Assembly: GCF_009914755.1 (NCBI RefSeq)
Contig: NC_060927.1
Reading direction: 5' to 3' (one strand)
Length of the DNA stretch: 64,000 bases
From: the human T2T-CHM13v2.0 reference genome, Homo sapiens
The stretch's first letter is position 1, and each line of letters opens with the position of its first letter. The position numbers and the translations under genes are program-made. Below the pieces are notes generated by a model, which saw only the letters and a list, made by a program, of their open reading frames with translations, searched no databases and was not told the DNA's origin. This document shows, piece by piece, positions 13,283 through 25,164 of the stretch.

Positions 13283-13468
13283 ATTTATTTATGTATGTAT
13301 TTATTTATTTATTTATTATACGTTAAGTTCTAGGGTACATGTGCACACCGTGCAGGTTTGTTACATATGTATACATGCGCCATGTTGGTGTGCTGCACCC
13401 ATTAACTCGTCATTTGCATTAGGTATATCTCCTAATGCCATCCCTCCCCCTGCCCCCACCCATGACAG
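13283..13468 (-). mobile_element. Short 5'-truncated young L1PA insertion (3' UTR only)
   Basis: ttaagttctagggtacatgtgcac...ctgcacccattaactcgtcattt is close to the L1PA2-5 consensus. (TTTA)n tail. TSD ttac(t/g)tttaaattt at 13269-13282 and 13507-13520. Confidence 0.95.
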
Positions 13469-13922
13469 TTTAATTTTACTGACAGTTTAATTTAATGACA
13501 GTTTAATTACGTTTAAATTTGACTAAGAGGCCAGGAAGAAATCTCTTAATGTTGAAATTTTGTAGTAAATATGTTTGATTATTTTTTAAAGGTATTGAAA
13601 ACACTTCTAAATTTGAGAACTATAATTTTAGCGTAATTTAGAGCATACTTGTTATCACATCAGCATGTTGCGTGAGTAATATTTTACTTACTTATACCTT
13701 CATCAAGGTATATCGACATGAAATAAACTGCACATATTTAACATGTTAAATTTGATGTTATGACATATATGTATACACATTAAATTATCACAGTCGGTAT
13801 AATGAACATTGCAGCACACCCTGAAGTTTCTTTTTGCCCTTTTGTAATTCTCCCCTCCAACTTCTCTGACTCTCCTTCTCTCCCCTGCCGTCCCTCTGGC
13901 ACGTCTAATAGGATTTTGTCAT

Positions 13923-15647
13923 GGGAGCTCTTTATAGTCCCAAAAGACACAATCCTGTATGACATAATCCCAAATGTTGAAATCCCCAAATCTCAAAATC
14001 CTAGAAATACAATTTTGGAAAAAATTTAAAAAATTTGTAAAAAGATATTTGTTTACATTTTTTAAATGGATTTATTTGAGAAACATATAAAAACATGACA
14101 ACACTTCATAGGTCACTTTATGCAATAAAGTAGGCAACAATAACATACATATTTTTGCAAGCATAATACACTGAGGTATACTATTGACAGTCACATGGGT
14201 ATAATAGTTATGAGCAGATGAACTACATCCATAAAGAAATAGGTGAAAAACCAAAATGTATACAACCTATTACTATGGGTGCTAATTGTGTGTACCTAGC
14301 TTTATAATTGCAGTCATCTGAAATACTGTGATGCACAACTGAAGTTTTTGACCAGCTCAACCAAAAGCCAGCATCACCACTGAGCCAGCCCTCCAAAGAC
14401 CCAGGATCTCATGAATTTTATCTGTCACAAATGCAAATGTACAAAAAGGACATCTCTTCACTTACTGAGGAAGTTTCAATTTTTTAATGTATATGCATCA
14501 TGTTTACATACAGTCAACATTATGATAATGCACTTCCATGAAGGCACTTTTGCAAAAAATGTATAAAATGAATTTGAACTCACTAATAGTCCAACACAAT
14601 TTATGGCTCCAGTATTGGAAATGATGCAAAGATGGAATACACAGCATAGTGAATTGTAAAAAATAATGCTGACAATTTAAAATAGTGGGAAAAATGAAAT
14701 AAAAGAAAAAAATAAAAAACTGAATAGAAAATTCAACATACGAAAAAGGGTATGACGAGGTGACAGGATAGATTATGGGCAATTGCATGCAGACAATGTA
14801 TAAGAGGTTGCTGATCTTCATGATTATTAACTATATTTTAAGGCCTTACAACATGATAAATAGCTGCTTTTTTTTCTTTTTTGACATAGCCATTGGAGAA
14901 TACATTCACACTCATTTTCTATGTGGTATTTCTCTTTTTGAAATTCTTCTGTGATTTGATATACACTGAAACTAGTATTTCTATCTTCTATGCTATGCTT
15001 GTATGTTGTTTTTGGTACTTGAAAACCCACTTTGCATGTACTCATACACAGACCACAAATTTGGTGGAAATAATACTGGTGATCAAATAGCAACACCATT
15101 GCATAAGTGCCTTCTTATCCTACCATGCACATAATTGTTTTAAAGCCAGTCAGTAACTTCACTGGCTTCTTCAGGCAAATGTGGTTTTAATTAATTAAAA
15201 TCTCTTGGGAGGTCATCAGCTAGAAGGAATGTCAACGCAGGAAAATGGCACATTTTTAAACTGCAGTTTTTATCATTGCCATTATCTCATGGCCAATCCA
15301 CTCATCTGAATTTTCTAACAAATGCATTGGGTTGAATGGAGCAAAACAAACTTTACTGGCAACACTTTGAAACTCACTTTTAGAAGCTTTGGTCACATCT
15401 AATTCCAAATCCATCATTATAGTTTGCGGACTCAATTGAATTTTTTTTCTGCATTTAGACAATAACGTGGTAATAAGTCAATCAAACATGATGCAACTAT
15501 TTTGTGATTGTGATTCTGGGGGATTTTAGACATTAGGAAGTTTAGACAGTAGGAATTTGGACATTAGGCATTTTTGATCTTCTGTAATTTCAGCATTTGG
15601 CATTATGGTGTTCAGGATTGTACCGTTCAGAAAATGATCCAAATCCC
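13923..15647 (-). mobile_element. Ricksha DNA transposon (MULE-MuDR), internally deleted
   Basis: Long imperfect TIRs (tcccaaaagacacaatcc..cataatcccaaatgttgaaatccc at left; ttcagcatttggcattatgg..ttcaggattg..gatccaaatccc at right) plus an internal transposase remnant. Confidence 0.88.
14840..15470 (-). pseudogene. Decayed MULE-type DDE transposase, C-terminal half
   Basis: LSPQTIMMDLEL...SEFQSVASKVCF resembles the MULE second-Asp and CxxH region. Downstream NNYVHGRIRRHL..PVLFPPNLWSVYE..TKNNIQA*HRR resembles the catalytic-Glu region. Stops and frameshifts present. Confidence 0.75.
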
Positions 15648-16481
15648 TGTTTTATGGGCTAGTTTGCAAATTCTAGAATTTAATATAGATGACATCATAT
15701 AGTATGCACTCTTTTTTGTCTAGCATCTTCAACTCAATGTATTTATTTTGACATTCATTCATGTTTTTACCCACCTCAACACTCCATTTCTTTTTATTTC
15801 TCAGTAGTAGTTTATTGTATGGGTATGCTAAATTTGTTCATCCATTTGCCATTTAGTTTGTTTACAGTTTTTTGGCTAATACAAATAAAGACAAATATTC
15901 TTTTACAAGTCTTGTTGTAGATACTGGCTTTCTTTTCTTGTGAGTAAATAATTAAGAGAGTTGAGTGGCTGATATGATAGGTGTAAGTTATATTTTTTAT
16001 TAACTGACAAACCATTTAACAAAGTGGTTGTGCCATTTTAAGTTACAACAGCATTTCATGAGAATTTCAGTTGCTGTTCATTCTCACCAACTCTTAGTAG
16101 GGTCTTTTTAATTTTAGTCATTCTATTAGGTGTGTAGTGGTATCTTATTGTGGTCATAATTTGCATTTCCCTAGTGCATGTTGAACATCTTTTCATGTGC
16201 TTATATCTTCTTTGGTGAAGCATCTGTTTCAATCTTTTGCCCATTTTTAAATTGGGATGTTTATTTTCTTATTATTGCAATTTGTGTCTTTCAAGGAATT
16301 GGTCTGTTTCATCTAGCTTATCAAATCTGTGGGCAAAGACAGTTGTTCATAACATTATTTTCTTAATCCATTTAATGTCCATGAGATCTACAGTCTCTCT
16401 TTCATTTCTGATATCAGTAATTTGTGTTTTCTCTCTATTATTCTTAGTTAGCTTAGCTAATGGCTTATTGTTTTCTAAGTT

Positions 16482-17012
16482 CATTATTTTTAATAGATAA
16501 ATAATAATTATATATATTTATGAGCTATAATAGGATGTTATGATATACATATACAATATAGAATGATTAAATCAGGCTAATTAACATAGTCATCACCTCA
16601 CACACTAATCTTTTCTTTGTGGTGAGAATATTCAAAATCTATACTTTTAGCAATTTTGAAATATACAGTACATTATTAAAACTACAGTCACCATGCTGTG
16701 CAATACTTTACCAGAGTTTATTTCTCCCAATTGAAATGCTGTGGTCTTTGACTACTGTCTCTTCTTTCCCTGCTCTCCCCTAATCCCAGTCTTTGGGATT
16801 CCAGTCTCTAACCACCATTCTATTCTCTACTTCTATGAGTTGCGCTTTTTTAGATTCTACATATAAGTGAGATAAAGGGTTGTTAGTTTTTCCATCCCTG
16901 GATTATTTCACTTAGCATAATGTCTTCTAAATTTATTTACGCTCTTGAAAATGACAGAATTTTCTACCCTTTAAAGGATGAATAGTATTGCCTTGTATAT
17001 ATATACCACATT
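16482..17012 (-). mobile_element. LINE-1 3' end (L1MA-type)
   Basis: gaatgattaaatcaggctaattaacat..catcacctca and accaccattctattctctacttctatgagtt. Confidence 0.85.
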
Positions 17013-17019
17013 TAAAAAT

Positions 17020-17395
17020 ATTTATTTATTTTTGATACATAATAATTGTAAATATCTAAGGAGTACATATGCTATTTTCATATATGCATACAATGTGTAA
17101 TGACCAAATCAGGGTCATCAGAATACCTGTCACCTCAAACATTCATAATTTCTTTGTTTAGGGAACATTTCAAGTCTTTCCTTTTAGCTACTTTGAAATA
17201 TACAATAAATTATTGTTAACTATTGTCATCCTACTGTGCTATCAAACACTAGAATTTATTCCTTTTATCTTACTGTATTTTCATACCCAGTAAACAGCTT
17301 CCCTTCCTCCTGCCCTCCCCACTACTCTTCCCAGCTTTTTCTAACCACCACCTATTCTTCACCTCCATGAGATCAACTTTTTCTTTGCTCCCAAC
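17020..17395 (-). mobile_element. Second LINE-1 3' end (younger L1MA-type)
   Basis: gcatacaatgtgtaatgaccaaatcagggt...cacctcaaacatt and ctccatgagatcaactttt. Confidence 0.85.
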
Positions 17396-17940
17396 ATTTC
17401 TTGCAAGGCAGATCTCTGGCAACAAATTCCCTGAATTTTTGTTTGTCTGAGAAAATCTTCATTTTGCCTTCACTTTTGAAGAATAATTTCATAAGGTACA
17501 GAATTCTAGGTTAGTGGGTTTTTCCTTTCAACATTTTAAATGCTTCACTTAATTATTTTCTTGCTTGCATAATTTCTGGAGAAATCAGATGTAATTCTTA
17601 GCTCTGCTCCTCTATGGGTAAGGTGTTTCTAACTGTGCCCCACCCCACACCCCACCCCTTTGGCTTTGGTCAAGATTTTTTTTTTTTATCTTTGATTTTC
17701 TGAAGTTTGGCTATGATATGCCTAGGTGTCGTTTTTTAAGCATGTATCCTGCTTGGTGATCTTCAATTCTCTGGTTTAATGTTTAACATTAATTTGGGAG
17801 AAATTCTCAGTGATTATTGCTTCAGTTATTTCTTCTGGGCATTTCTCTCTCTTTTTTTTTTCCTTCTGTTATTCTCATTACATGTACATTTCACCTTTCG
17901 GAGTTGTCCCACAGGTTTTTGATATTCTGTTTTGTATTGT
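17396..17940 (-). mobile_element. Old L1M ORF1-region fragment
   Basis: catttcttgcaaggcag.tctctggcaacaaattccc...ttgtctgagaaa.tctt and ggtacagaattctaggtt. Confidence 0.75.
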
Positions 17941-18261
17941 TCTTTTATAGCTGGAATCCAGGTTGAGGACTATCTTTTTTATTAGCTTTAAGTAAAGTAA
18001 CTAACACCTTTTCAGTTGGTAGTTGATGCTTTTTTCTATTCTGACACCAACTTATTGGGTACCTTTGGATAAGTTAAATTTTCTAATTTTCTTCAGTTGC
18101 CTAATGAAGGGTTAGAGTAACTGACATTCTTGTGGCACAGAAAAACAGTGCTTATATTTCGCCTTAACAAAACAGAGTTCTAATTTTGTTCTGATACTAA
18201 TTTCCTTATATTGTTAGCTGACATATATATATATATATAACAAAAATATTTCTAAATAAAA

Positions 18262-18490
18262 AATAATAGTTAACATTTATTGAACAGTTACTCATTGTGA
18301 GGTGTTCATGCAAGCACTTCACATGCATTGACTCAGGCCTAGTGGGTGAGTATTGAAATGTCTCCCTTTTACAGGGGAATAGTGAGTAACAGGGAGGTGA
18401 AGTAACATGCCTAGGGTCACTAGCTGGTGGATGCTGGAATTTGGGTTCAAATATAGGCAATTGGGTAGAAAGCCCACAATTGTGTCAACT
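18262..18490 (-). mobile_element. MIR SINE
   Basis: aataatagttaacatttattga...ccttttacag..gaggtgaagtaacatgcctagggtcac. Confidence 0.8.
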
Positions 18491-18964
18491 ATTTTCTCCT
18501 GATGTATAAGACTATTTAAAATTTTCTTTATTGAGAAAAATATAATTCCATGAATTAATAAGATCTTATGCTTTAATTGTAAAAAGAAAGCTTTATGTTA
18601 AACATTTGGTTAGTTTAGTATCTTGGTATTTTTTTTTCAAAGAACTGTTAAAAAGTTTCTTAAAATCTTTTTACAGCATGTTTAAGTCTCTTGTAAATAA
18701 GGGTAGTGGGTAAAAAATATTAATTAAAATATCCACCAGTATTCTTTTCAATTATTTGGTAATCAAAAATTCTGATAATATTTCAGAATTTTCTTAAGTA
18801 TTCTTCTTTTAAAATCAACTAATTTTATATTTGGCAATTCTCTTATAAGTTTAGGCAAATAGTGTAAATGAGGCAGAGTGCTTTGTCAACATGATCATCT
18901 AACTACAGATACTAATAATTAAAAAGGGAGAGGATAGGTGAAAGGAAAAGAAATCCTACACACA

Positions 18965-19135
18965 GACTCTGTTTTATTTATCTTGCCTATACTAATCCTA
19001 TATTTCACAATAATCCCTAAATATTCCTAGAGAAGACTGAGGTGTAAACAGGTAAAATGATTGCACAATCTCAATGGGTAAAAAGTAGAAGAGAAAGGAT
19101 TTTTATTCTTGTTCTGATGCCAAACCCCTTGCTTT
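18965..19135 (-). mobile_element. MIR SINE fragment
   Basis: gaagactgagg...ggtaaaatgattgcacaa is a degenerate reverse MIR core. Confidence 0.5.
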
Positions 19136-20154
19136 TGGCACCAGACTGATGTGCTTCTTTATGAAGTGAAAATAGTGACATTGGCTGGCTGAACCTGTCT
19201 GTTTTGACAGAGCTAAGAGTGGCAGGTAGGTCAGGGGCATTGTAAGTGCCTCTCAAGAAGATACAAACTACTCCACAAAAAATAAAGACACCTTTGAAAT
19301 CTAAGATATCCAGTCTGTCAAATAAGAACTTTCTGACCCTTCTTTCCTTTGCCTTCTCCTGTTCCAACATTAACCAGACCAGATTCAGTACAATGAGTGA
19401 GGAAATTGAAATCGAGGAGCAAGGTGGATAAATAAAGATGAAGATTCCAACTCAACTGTTCCCTTAAGTGCTCTTAGTTGGAGGAAGGGAGAAGTTTGGC
19501 TCAAATAGCTGCAAGTAATTTTGTTATATTAGACAGGACTCTTTGTTGCCTAAAAGTTGCTAGAAAAGCTGTATGTTTTTATCAGGGGTATCATCTAGGG
19601 CTGGAGAAGATCAAGTTTCCCCAGTCAGTAGTGAGAAAAATAATTTGTTTCTTATTTTATTTGAATGTAGCTATTTCAATAAACAGCTTCATTCATACAT
19701 ATTATTTTCTGTTACAGAAATCTGAAAATTAGGATATGCCTTCAAAAGATTTACAGAATGAATATACAAATTATTTCAAGATGAAGGAAAACCATCTAAG
19801 ATTCCAGCCTCCGTGAATTCTAGAAATCCCTGCTAATTTCTAACCTTTACTCTTCTGTGTACCTGCAGCTACTCAGTGTTTCATTTTTGATGGTAGCTTC
19901 TTTGGACAATTGCTATTTGTGCAGTGCACTTTATTTTGTGTTCCTCATTGACTGCTTATTATTCAATGATTTTTTAAGGATCAAGTTATCTTAATAATTA
20001 TTAAAAGTAGATTTAGAGAGGCAAGGCCAAATATTTCTCCTTTCCTTAACTAGTAGGACTTTATAAAAATCTATTTGATAATGTTCTCAACTTTTCTGCT
20101 TGTATTGCGTCCATAGCTCAAGTCTGGGTAACATATTGTTTTCTTTTCTTCAAA

Positions 20155-20400
20155 ACGGCCATGTCCAACAGAGTTTCTGCTGCTACAGAAATGTTCTACA
20201 TTTGTGCTGTCTGATATGGTCATCGTGTGCCACTATGGAGCACCACCTGGTATGCATCATTTGCTATGGAGCACTAAAATATGGTTCATGTGACTGGAGA
20301 ACTGAGTGTTTAATTTGAACTTAATTTTAAATTAAACTAAATTTCATATAAATTTAAACAGCCATATGTGGCTAGTGGCTACCATGTTGGATAGTACAGC
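20155..20400. mobile_element. MER3-like hAT-Charlie MITE
   Basis: tgtccaacagagtttctg...gaaatgttcta...tgtgctgtc...tttaaacagccatatgtggctagtggctaccatgttggatagtacag. Confidence 0.85.
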
Positions 20401-21644
20401 TATAGAAAATTCATTTCTAAAATTGAATAAACCTCTGTTTCCCACAAAACTCTCCTTGTGGACCTCTCATTTTGTTGCATGCATTCATTCCACTTTAAAG
20501 AATATTTCAGAGTAGACTTATTTCTTTTTCTCTTTTTCTTAGAAGTAAACAGATAAGCAAGCCTTAATTTAGGGAAGAAATGCTTTTGCAAAAGCTCAGT
20601 ATTTCAGGCCAAAGTGTCCATTTGTCTTTAGTAATATTTGGCTTTGAAATGTTGTTGCTGTTGGCACTAAATGAAGGTTTAATTTCCATGCTTTGGTGAT
20701 GGTATCGATGCACATTAGCAGTGTGTGCGGTACACACAGCGTCAAGCAAACAGCCACATGCATCAAGGTTTGTGCTTAACAGTCCTGCCTCAGGATCCCT
20801 GTGGATTCTTTGAGTATCCTTTTAAAGACTCTACTATCTGTTCTATGAGAGGAACAGATGCATCTTTCTATATAGTGCAGTCAGCAAAGTTCAGGAGAGG
20901 GGAGGCCAGATGCTATTCATATTTCTTTCAGAGTGTAGCGTATATCAGTGGTACTTAAAACCCGTCTTCTCAACAGCTAGCACCTCTTTTTTAAAAATTG
21001 GTTTCCATTTTGGCTGTTTGAGATCAGGAACAATGGAGCTTTCCTTTGAGTTAATTTCTTTCATTGATTATTGGCCTTTTAAAGGCAGTGCTTTAAGGTA
21101 TACTCGTATTTTTATTTTAAAACCTGTTTTTCAGAAGTTTCTATCTTTATGAGGAAAACAGTTGTCTTATCTGTAGTCCTTTGAAAATGAGATGATGATT
21201 TTATATCAAAGTAGATACTTTTGCTCACAGTATTATCTTTCTTTCAGAAGTAATGTGTATTGTGTACCATGGATAAAGGGATGAGAAAAAAACTAAGTAT
21301 ACATCCATAACTTATTACATATATTGTGCATGCATGTGCACACACACACACAAACATACAAATCAGTTTGATCCTGCAAGTGGAAGCAACTTCATTAGAA
21401 TACACCTGTATATTTGTATGTGTGTAAATATATAAGACAGAATTGCTTTTATTTCATACATGACATAATACTTGGCAAAACAATTATAGGGAATTGAACA
21501 CCACTAAAATTTAGCTTTAGTGTATATTTTCTTAAGAAAATATGATTTCTTCATACAATGTCAAACTTTTCTTGGTAGCAGATATGATTAGTCCCTCTGG
21601 CTTTTTTTCCTCTTCTGATTGGCCCCTTAATTCTCTTGGGCTTT

Positions 21645-21780
21645 TCTAGTGATAGAGAGCTCACTACTCCACCAGGTAGCCTATCATATTGTTAGCTAGC
21701 AACTGCTTTAAGAAAACTGTAAATATTAGAGCTGAATTTCCCTCCTTATAACATCTATTCATTCATTCTATTTTTGACCA
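21645..21780. mobile_element. CR1/L3 LINE fragment
   Basis: agtgatagagagctcactact...gagctgaatttccctccttataac resembles L3. Confidence 0.55.
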
Positions 21781-21814
21781 TTTTGGTAAGTATATTTTGC
21801 TTAAAAGATCTGCA

Positions 21815-22975
21815 TATAAAGGTCAGCATGCAAACCCCATTGTATTTATGTATATTAGCAACAAACAATTGGAAAATAAAAAAATTTTTAAAATATCATT
21901 TACAGTAACATCAAGTTACATAAAATACTTAGGAAAAATTTAACAAAATATACATAAGTCCATGAAAACCACTCTAAGACATTTATGAGAGAAATTAAAG
22001 ATATAAATAATGAAGAATTATACTATATTAAAGTCACAGCAGATTTTTTTGTAGAAATAGATAGTATGCTGCAATTTAAATGTAAATGCAAAGGTCTTGG
22101 AAAGAATTTAAAAAGGAAAGAACAGTGACAACATAAACTGCTCTAGTATAGACGACAGAGTGAGACCTTGACTCTAAAAATCACAAAACCAAAACCAAAA
22201 AGAATGGCCAATAAACATATAAAAAGATGCTGCGCATCATTAGTCATTGGGTAATGCAAACTAAAACCACAATAAGCTACAACTATATACTTCCTGGCAC
22301 GATGAGAGAATTTCTTTGGATTGGCAAAGATGTGGAGCAATTGGAAGTCTCATTCATTCCTTGAGGAAGCATTAAAATGTGCAACTATTTTGGAAAATAT
22401 TTTGGCAGATTCTTTTAAAATGAAACATACACTTAACATATGATCAAGCAAACCTACTCTTACATATTTAATCAAGAGGAAAGAAAACATATGTCTGCAC
22501 AAAAAGATCTGCACAAGAATATGACAGCTTGAATTATTATAGCCCTAAAATGAAAAACATCCAATTGTCAACAGGTAAATTGTTAAATAAATCATGGTAT
22601 ATGGATACAATTGAATAGCACTCAGCAACAAAAAGAACAAAGTAATGATACATGCAACAACATAAATGAATGTCATGCTGGGTATGAAGAACCCAAATGC
22701 AAAAGAGTATATATACTGCATAGTTCCATTTATATTAAATTCTAGAACAGGTAGAATTAATTTGCAGTGATAGTAGATCAGTGGTTGCCTGGGGACAGGG
22801 ATTTGACTTAGCAAGGGTTGGTAGTAAATGTTTTGGAATGATGGAAATGTTCTAGATCTTTTTTTTGTGCTAGTAATCATCTAAGTGTCCACATTTGTAA
22901 AAATTATCAGTATACTTAAAATTGGTGAATTTTATTATATTAAAATTATAGTTCACTAAATTTTGTTTTAAAAAT
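21815..22975 (+). mobile_element. Old LINE-1 (L1MC/L1ME) ORF2 end and 3' UTR, with a short Alu tail fragment at ~22150-22200
   Basis: L1 motifs gcaaactaaaaccacaat, ttggcaaagatgtggagcaattggaa and gatggaaatgttct. gacagagtgagaccttg plus an A-rich tail is an Alu 3' end. Confidence 0.8.
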
Positions 22976-23049
22976 AAGGCTAAACATTCTTTTTTTTGAC
23001 AGAAAGAACTTTTCAGAGCTTTATTTTGATTTCATGATTTGGATGAAAT

Positions 23050-23510
23050 TGAGGTAGGAGGCAGTACTTGACTCTGGAGGCGGCGCTTGGACACCAGATC
23101 AAATTGAGGACTAGGTAAAATAGGGGTGAGGTAGAAGCAGAGTTCCATAAGACACACCCATCAGTGTGCCATGTCAGTTTACCATTGCCATGGCAATACC
23201 CAGAAGATACTGCCCCTTTCCATGGCAATGACCTAATGATCCAAAAGTCACTACTCCTTCCATAGAAATTTCTTCATAAATGACCTCTTAATGTACATGT
23301 AATTAAAAGTAGGTATAAATATGATAGCAAAACTGCCCTGAGCTGCTACCCTCTGCCTATGGGGTAGCCCTTTGGGAGCAGTCGCAGAGCTGTAACACCA
23401 CTGGAGCTGTAACACTGATGCTTTAATAAAGCTATTTTCTTCTATCCCTGACTTGCTTTTTCAGTTCTTTCCTGGACAAAGCCAAGACTCAGCTTGCTTG
23501 CCTTATATCA
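23050..23510 (+). mobile_element. ERV1 solo LTR (MER41-family, MER41E-like)
   Basis: TG...CA termini, perfect 4-bp TSD aaat, TATA-like gtataaat and aataaa. Contains the MER41-type tcagtttaccattgccatggcaa. Confidence 0.85.
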
Positions 23511-24249
23511 AAATTGTTAAACCATTATTAGAATTGTTTTTCTGCTTGTAGCATATGATAACTCTAGTACATAACTGATATCATTCAACTATTTACAAAA
23601 TTTTACAGTTAATGAAGCCACCCCACTAACAGCTGTCATTTCACCTTTCATAAGTTTGCAAAAGTAAGTGAAATTAATTTAGAAGAAGTCTTTTGATCAT
23701 AATAAAAAGTTATGCTTCATAGAGTTGTACACGTTAAACTATTGTCTTTGATCACATTTTCCTGAAAACAGCTATTAACTTTTGAAGTGGATGCTGATGC
23801 TTCTTCAGCAGATTCTGATACTTTTTGTTTTTCAAAGACGAGTCAATGAAATCACTATAGGTCCATATGTAGATGATGAACTTGAGAACACATTGCAAAT
23901 TACATGTCCATCACCAATTTTCTTGAGAAACAGGATTTGAATTCTTATTTTTTAAAACAAACATGCATTTATGACTTTTTAGTTTCTCATGAATGAAACA
24001 GTTAATTGAAAAATAAGCTAAAATGCATTACCAAACAATAAAGTAAATAGGTATTCAATAAACTTCAAAATCCCCGTGGTTACAGTGTTCAGACTACTCT
24101 TTATACAGCAGAACATCTCAGCCTGTATCCCTCACGTGTTTCACATACATCTAGCATAGGAATGCCCCAATTGTTCACAGACCCTGCTACATGGTAGTGT
24201 GGCAACTTCTTGTGTTTCTAAGAGGAAACCTAGGAATGGCTCTATAGGC

Positions 24250-24410
24250 GTGTGACAAGAACATTTTCTCAGGGCCCCACTTTCAGGAGGGCCTGACTTT
24301 TGGTTGAAAACTGTGCTGTCATCCTCTTGGAATTCTTCATAATTTTATTTTTGAAGTCGTGTTTTGTAAGTGAAGTCTGAGGGGATAGTAAAGCATGCGT
24401 GTGAGCAGAG
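24250..24410 (+). mobile_element. hAT-Tip100 fragment (Zaphod/MER91-like)
   Basis: cagggcccc...tgctgtcatcctcttggaattctt.ataatttt...gtgttttgtaagtgaagtc...gcatgcgtgtgagcagag. Confidence 0.7.
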
Positions 24411-25164
24411 TAGTAATAAACAACAAAATTAGATGGAAGAAAATAAAAGCAACGTGTTTTTAAATGTGGCAGAAAATTCTGATGTAGTTTTCTTGCTAAT
24501 CAGGACCGCTAGCAGCTTTTATTTTCCTAGGCTGAAGCGTAGTTCAAAGGGTACATTTTGATTCTGGCTTTGCTGGTTTTTCGAGATTTTAAATGTCTTC
24601 TTGTTTTGGTGGGATAGCTGTTTTGTGGATTGTAAAGCTGTGTCATATTTCATATGTTCTGTGAAAGGATAGCCATGTTGGAAACAAACTGGGCATATTT
24701 TCAGAAAACATTTGTCTGTTGATTGACATTTATTTTTTTTCATCGAAATTGATGGTTTTGAATTATAAAAGTAGCCAAAGTTACTGTAAAAAAATACTGA
24801 AGTGCATGACACAAAAAAATTGAAAACCCAGACTCTTACCCCTCACTATCCCATAATTTGGCTTCCTAGAGGGAGCTAGAATTAATGGTTTTGTATCTCT
24901 TCTTTTGGAATATATCTCTCTGTGTGTATGTGTGATATACTGTAACTTGCTTTTTTATTCTCAACAACATATTGCAGCTATCCTTCCATGTCAATATGTA
25001 AGTATCTTCTGTAGTTTATGGATATACTATAAATTTTTAAACCAATCCCGAATTGGTTGTTTCTAAATTTTTAAAAGTAAATAACCGGTAATGAACAGAT
25101 TTTTTTTAACATTTATCATTTGTAATACACTTTAAGGACATAAAATGACAGAAAGGACATAGGG

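Larger units (their letters stand above)
13690..16470 (-). mobile_element. Old LINE-1 (L1MC/L1ME-like) 3' region, interrupted by Ricksha
   Basis: Minus-strand 3' UTR motifs at 13690-13920 resume at 15648. ORF2 C-terminal remnant REMQIMTTIRYHYTPNRMTKIKK (16056-16244). Confidence 0.75.
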
